A stretch of 63,279 nt of DNA, filler included, from Asterionella formosa (taxonomy: Eukaryota): the NCBI GenBank assembly GCA_002256025.1. It is 14 parts of 14 records of this genome, joined end to end, with 100 filler letters (N's around TTAATTAATTAA, not from the genome) between each part and the next. Parts side by side here need not be neighbours in the genome. Positions count along the whole stretch, not along the records: positions 60,399 to 61,789 come from NKIB01002673.1; positions 61,890 to 63,279 come from NKIB01002674.1; 12 more parts are not named here. One strand, 5' to 3'. Below the pieces are notes generated by a model. That model saw nothing but the letters and a program-made list of their open reading frames with translations. It did no database searches and was not told where the DNA came from. The translations under genes were made by a program, and so were the position numbers. Positions 60,399 through 63,279 of the stretch are shown piece by piece; positions within the stretch are counted from its first letter, which is position 1, and each line of letters opens with the position of its first letter.

Positions 60399-61342
60399 AA
60401 ATAATTAGTTTCAACGGACGTAGAAAATATCGATGCAAACAAATTTCAGAAACAATTCCGGTACACGTAGTCGTGGAAAACAATGGACATATAGTGCATT
60501 GAGTATTTTCGAATTATGTATATGCAAGTATGATCATCCCAACCATATCAGATGTTCCATATCGAGAGAGCCTTTGAATTTTATAAATGTATAACACTTA
60601 ATATATATATATATATTTACAAATTTTATTACTTTATTCATGGCATATATATTTTTGAAATCGTTCTGTCATGTTAACAAACAATGCCTGCTGCTTCATG
60701 AAAAGATGAAACGTCGTAGTAAAGCACATGACAAGAAAAGAAAGTTTACGCAATACATTACGAAAAACATTGTGACTTCGATACATTGCGCCTTCGAAGG
60801 ATGGAGAATGTTTAAGGTAATGAAGCCATCAATGTGGTACTTGGATGACAATCGTTGGGAGGCAGGCAGCACAACAACAAATTGTTAACTAAACGCACAT
60901 TTCCTTTTTTCTCAGTTGATTCAACAGCTCGTTTCGCTTGTTGGGGAGCACCAATGTAAAACAAAACCAAAATGCGTAAGTGCTCTTGATTGTCGCTCGT
61001 TGGACCTATTCACTTCTGTTGGAACAAAACTATCAAAACGTTTACCTTCTCTCAAAGTTAAGATGACAAAAATGAACCGGTAAGTTTATTCGACAACATT
61101 GGATACCCGAAACTTACTTATTTAAGAATTTACTGACAAGTTACTATTACATGCAGGCTTATGCTTCAGTTGCATTGATTTGTGGTAATTGAAGCAAGAG
61201 GATACGATGGAATTGCGTATTCTTGTGTCAATGTAACATGACTAGCTAACAAACCATTCCTTCTCATTGTAACTGTAACTGCATGCATAGGACAATAAAA
61301 ACAATCAAACAACGGAATACTCGGCAAGTTCAGAATGACACT
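60399..61342. repeat. Second, inverted copy of the 31707-32632 dispersed repeat
   Basis: Reverse-complement similarity along its whole length. Confidence 0.88.
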
Positions 61343-61979
61343 TACAACAGGGAAAGAGACGCAGCATCAGTAAGGCACTGCCTCGCACACGATTCAGATC
61401 AGAGGAAGAAAGAGCAAGAAAGGAATATACATTGAGCCGAGTAGAGAGAGAAACGTTGGGTCGCTGGCATGTAGATTAATAGATAGCATTGCTTAACTTG
61501 ATAGTTAAATTACGATCAATTTTAATCTATTTTGAACAATGCTTGTGATTAGAATTATGATCATGTTTACGATAGATTTACGATGAAACAATTCACATGA
61601 TAGCATAGAGTTGAGCTGGTTTTAGGATATGTTGTAGTTATAATTTACATCGGGCGATCACGAGAAGTTAAAATAATATGAGAAGGTTTATGATATTGAT
61701 GGGAAATGTTGTTGATCAGTTTATATACATTGTGTGATGATAATGTTCTTATTATCATTATACTTCAAGGTCGGTAACATATTAATAAANNNNNNNNNNN
61801 NNNNNNNNNNNNNNNNNNNNNNNNNNNNNNNNNTTAATTAATTAANNNNNNNNNNNNNNNNNNNNNNNNNNNNNNNNNNNNNNNNNNNNTCAAATTCAGT
61901 CACGGCAGCAGTGTACATTGGGGGGTCCAAGACAATGAAGTATACGGTAACCATGTAACCACATGAGTACGGTTTGTGT

Positions 61980-63279
61980 TTACAAGCTTGATTGTGGAGG
62001 GCGACAATAAGGACACTATAGAGGGCCTGGGAGAGGGCGGCATAGGAAGGGTTGGAGGGGGAAGCTAGGTGGACATGGCGCCAGACGGGGGTGCTAAGCC
62101 GGGTTGTGAGCATGGTAAACCATTCGTTAAATTTATTGGAATCACCATTAAAATGGGGAAGGTGTGTGGAGAGCTCTTTCTTTGCATCAGCGGAAGCAAG
62201 ACTGGAGACAATCGCAGCCTGAACATCAGCCTTGGTGGCGATGGTTGAGGGGAAGCTCTCAGGATGGGTGGCCAAGACAATGGTGTAGGAGTCAGAGACA
62301 GAGAGATGAGAGCAGGGCGGCTGGAGAGGAATGGAGAGTGACAGATCCGGCGGGGAGGAGGCGGAGGGAGAGGCCAGGGGGAATAGGAAGTATCAGGGAC
62401 CAGTGGCACAGGGGCAGGAAGGGGCCGAGAAGGAAATGGGACATGAGGTTGCCGGAATAAGGACGAATAAAAGAGGGCTGGCTCGACATGGAGAGTACCA
62501 AGGGGGAGGGACAAAGAGAGTGGGCCACACCCAGGAATGGGGGCGGCATAGGCATCGACGTCCCTGGCATGATGAAGGTAAGCCTGGGCGGCCTCGGCAT
62601 AGGTGCCGAAGCCACCAACCTGGCCACGGAGGGAACCCCAATGGTAACCTGCAGTGAGGGCCCATGCGAGGGGCCAGCTGTGAAAGATGCCGCGATGGCG
62701 GCCCCGATACATGACGTAATAGCGCTTAAGGGACCGCTTGGTCGAGCGGTTGGTGCCCTGGTAATGGTGTTGTTGGAATGGGTGGGGAAAACCGTCCACC
62801 AGGGGAGGAAAACTACTGTGTGTTGGGGACTGAGAAGAGAGTTCAACTGGATGGTAGTGAGGGTGTGGGGATGGACCGGCAGGGGTGTAGAAAGCGGGAG
62901 AGCCGAAGGCGGCGGACCGGATAGGGGGTGCCGACTGAGTGAATGGAGTCATCCGGGCGAGCTCGGCCTGTAGATGGGCGATGACGGAGCTATAGGGGGT
63001 GACAGTGGACCGGTGGGACCAGGGAATCTACGGGGAGTCGGGAGGGTTGGGAGCAGACTGGCCGTTGGGGGGTGGAAATGGGGACTCATGTGTTGTTGTG
63101 GGTGATGTGCTGAATGGTGTGGCAGGGGTGGCGCAGGATGATGTAAAGATGATGCAACATACTCAGGCGACGACGTGGGAACGTAAATGGAGGGAGGATG
63201 ACCATGAGCGGCAAAGGAGTGGTGGTACAGGGCATCGCCGTGAGGAGGTGGCAGCGAATCGGGGCACCACAGTGGATCT
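61980..63279 (-). mobile_element. GC-rich gag-like retroelement fragment carrying an RNase H1 N-terminal (Cauli_VI-like) domain, frameshifted
   Basis: YYVMYRGRHRGIFHSW...LTAGY (hybrid-binding-domain pattern) sits in a Pro-rich ORF. The gag-like LPHFNGDSNKFNEWF follows in another frame. Confidence 0.6.

Overview
Eukaryotic nuclear DNA, very probably from a diatom. The evidence is short GT-AG introns, bipartite ASAFAP-type plastid presequences, an expanded HSF family, and DUF6824-like and RGLE-type diatom gene families. The window is not contiguous: it is 14 contigs joined by an artificial 100-nt spacer (N44-TTAATTAATTAA-N44). There are two long contigs (1-22657 and 33198-55827) and twelve short ones of about 1.39 kb, so adjacency across spacers has no biological meaning. 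Contig 1 holds the 3' end and LTR of a Copia element, plastid-targeted SmpB, a Urad-Urah allantoin synthase fusion, two convergent paralogous HSFs flanking a methyltransferase-EF1B(GEF) fusion, a CpG-decayed solo LTR, glutamate-cysteine ligase with a large insertion, an SLC35A transporter, and a tRNA-derived SINE with a 17-bp target-site duplication. The second long contig holds an HSF, a second SINE copy, a plastid TauD-like dioxygenase, a DUF6824-like protein, a large cytidine deaminase with a CARF-like middle domain, and an HSF pseudogene. The short contigs carry Copia pieces, two LRR paralogues (one next to telomere-like repeats), and partial MRI1, P4H and SGT1/HPAT-like genes. The most interesting candidates are the membrane-anchored CARF-like/cytidine deaminase protein, the eEF1A-methyltransferase-EF1B fusion and the SINE family. 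All family assignments come from motif recognition by eye; no searches were run.
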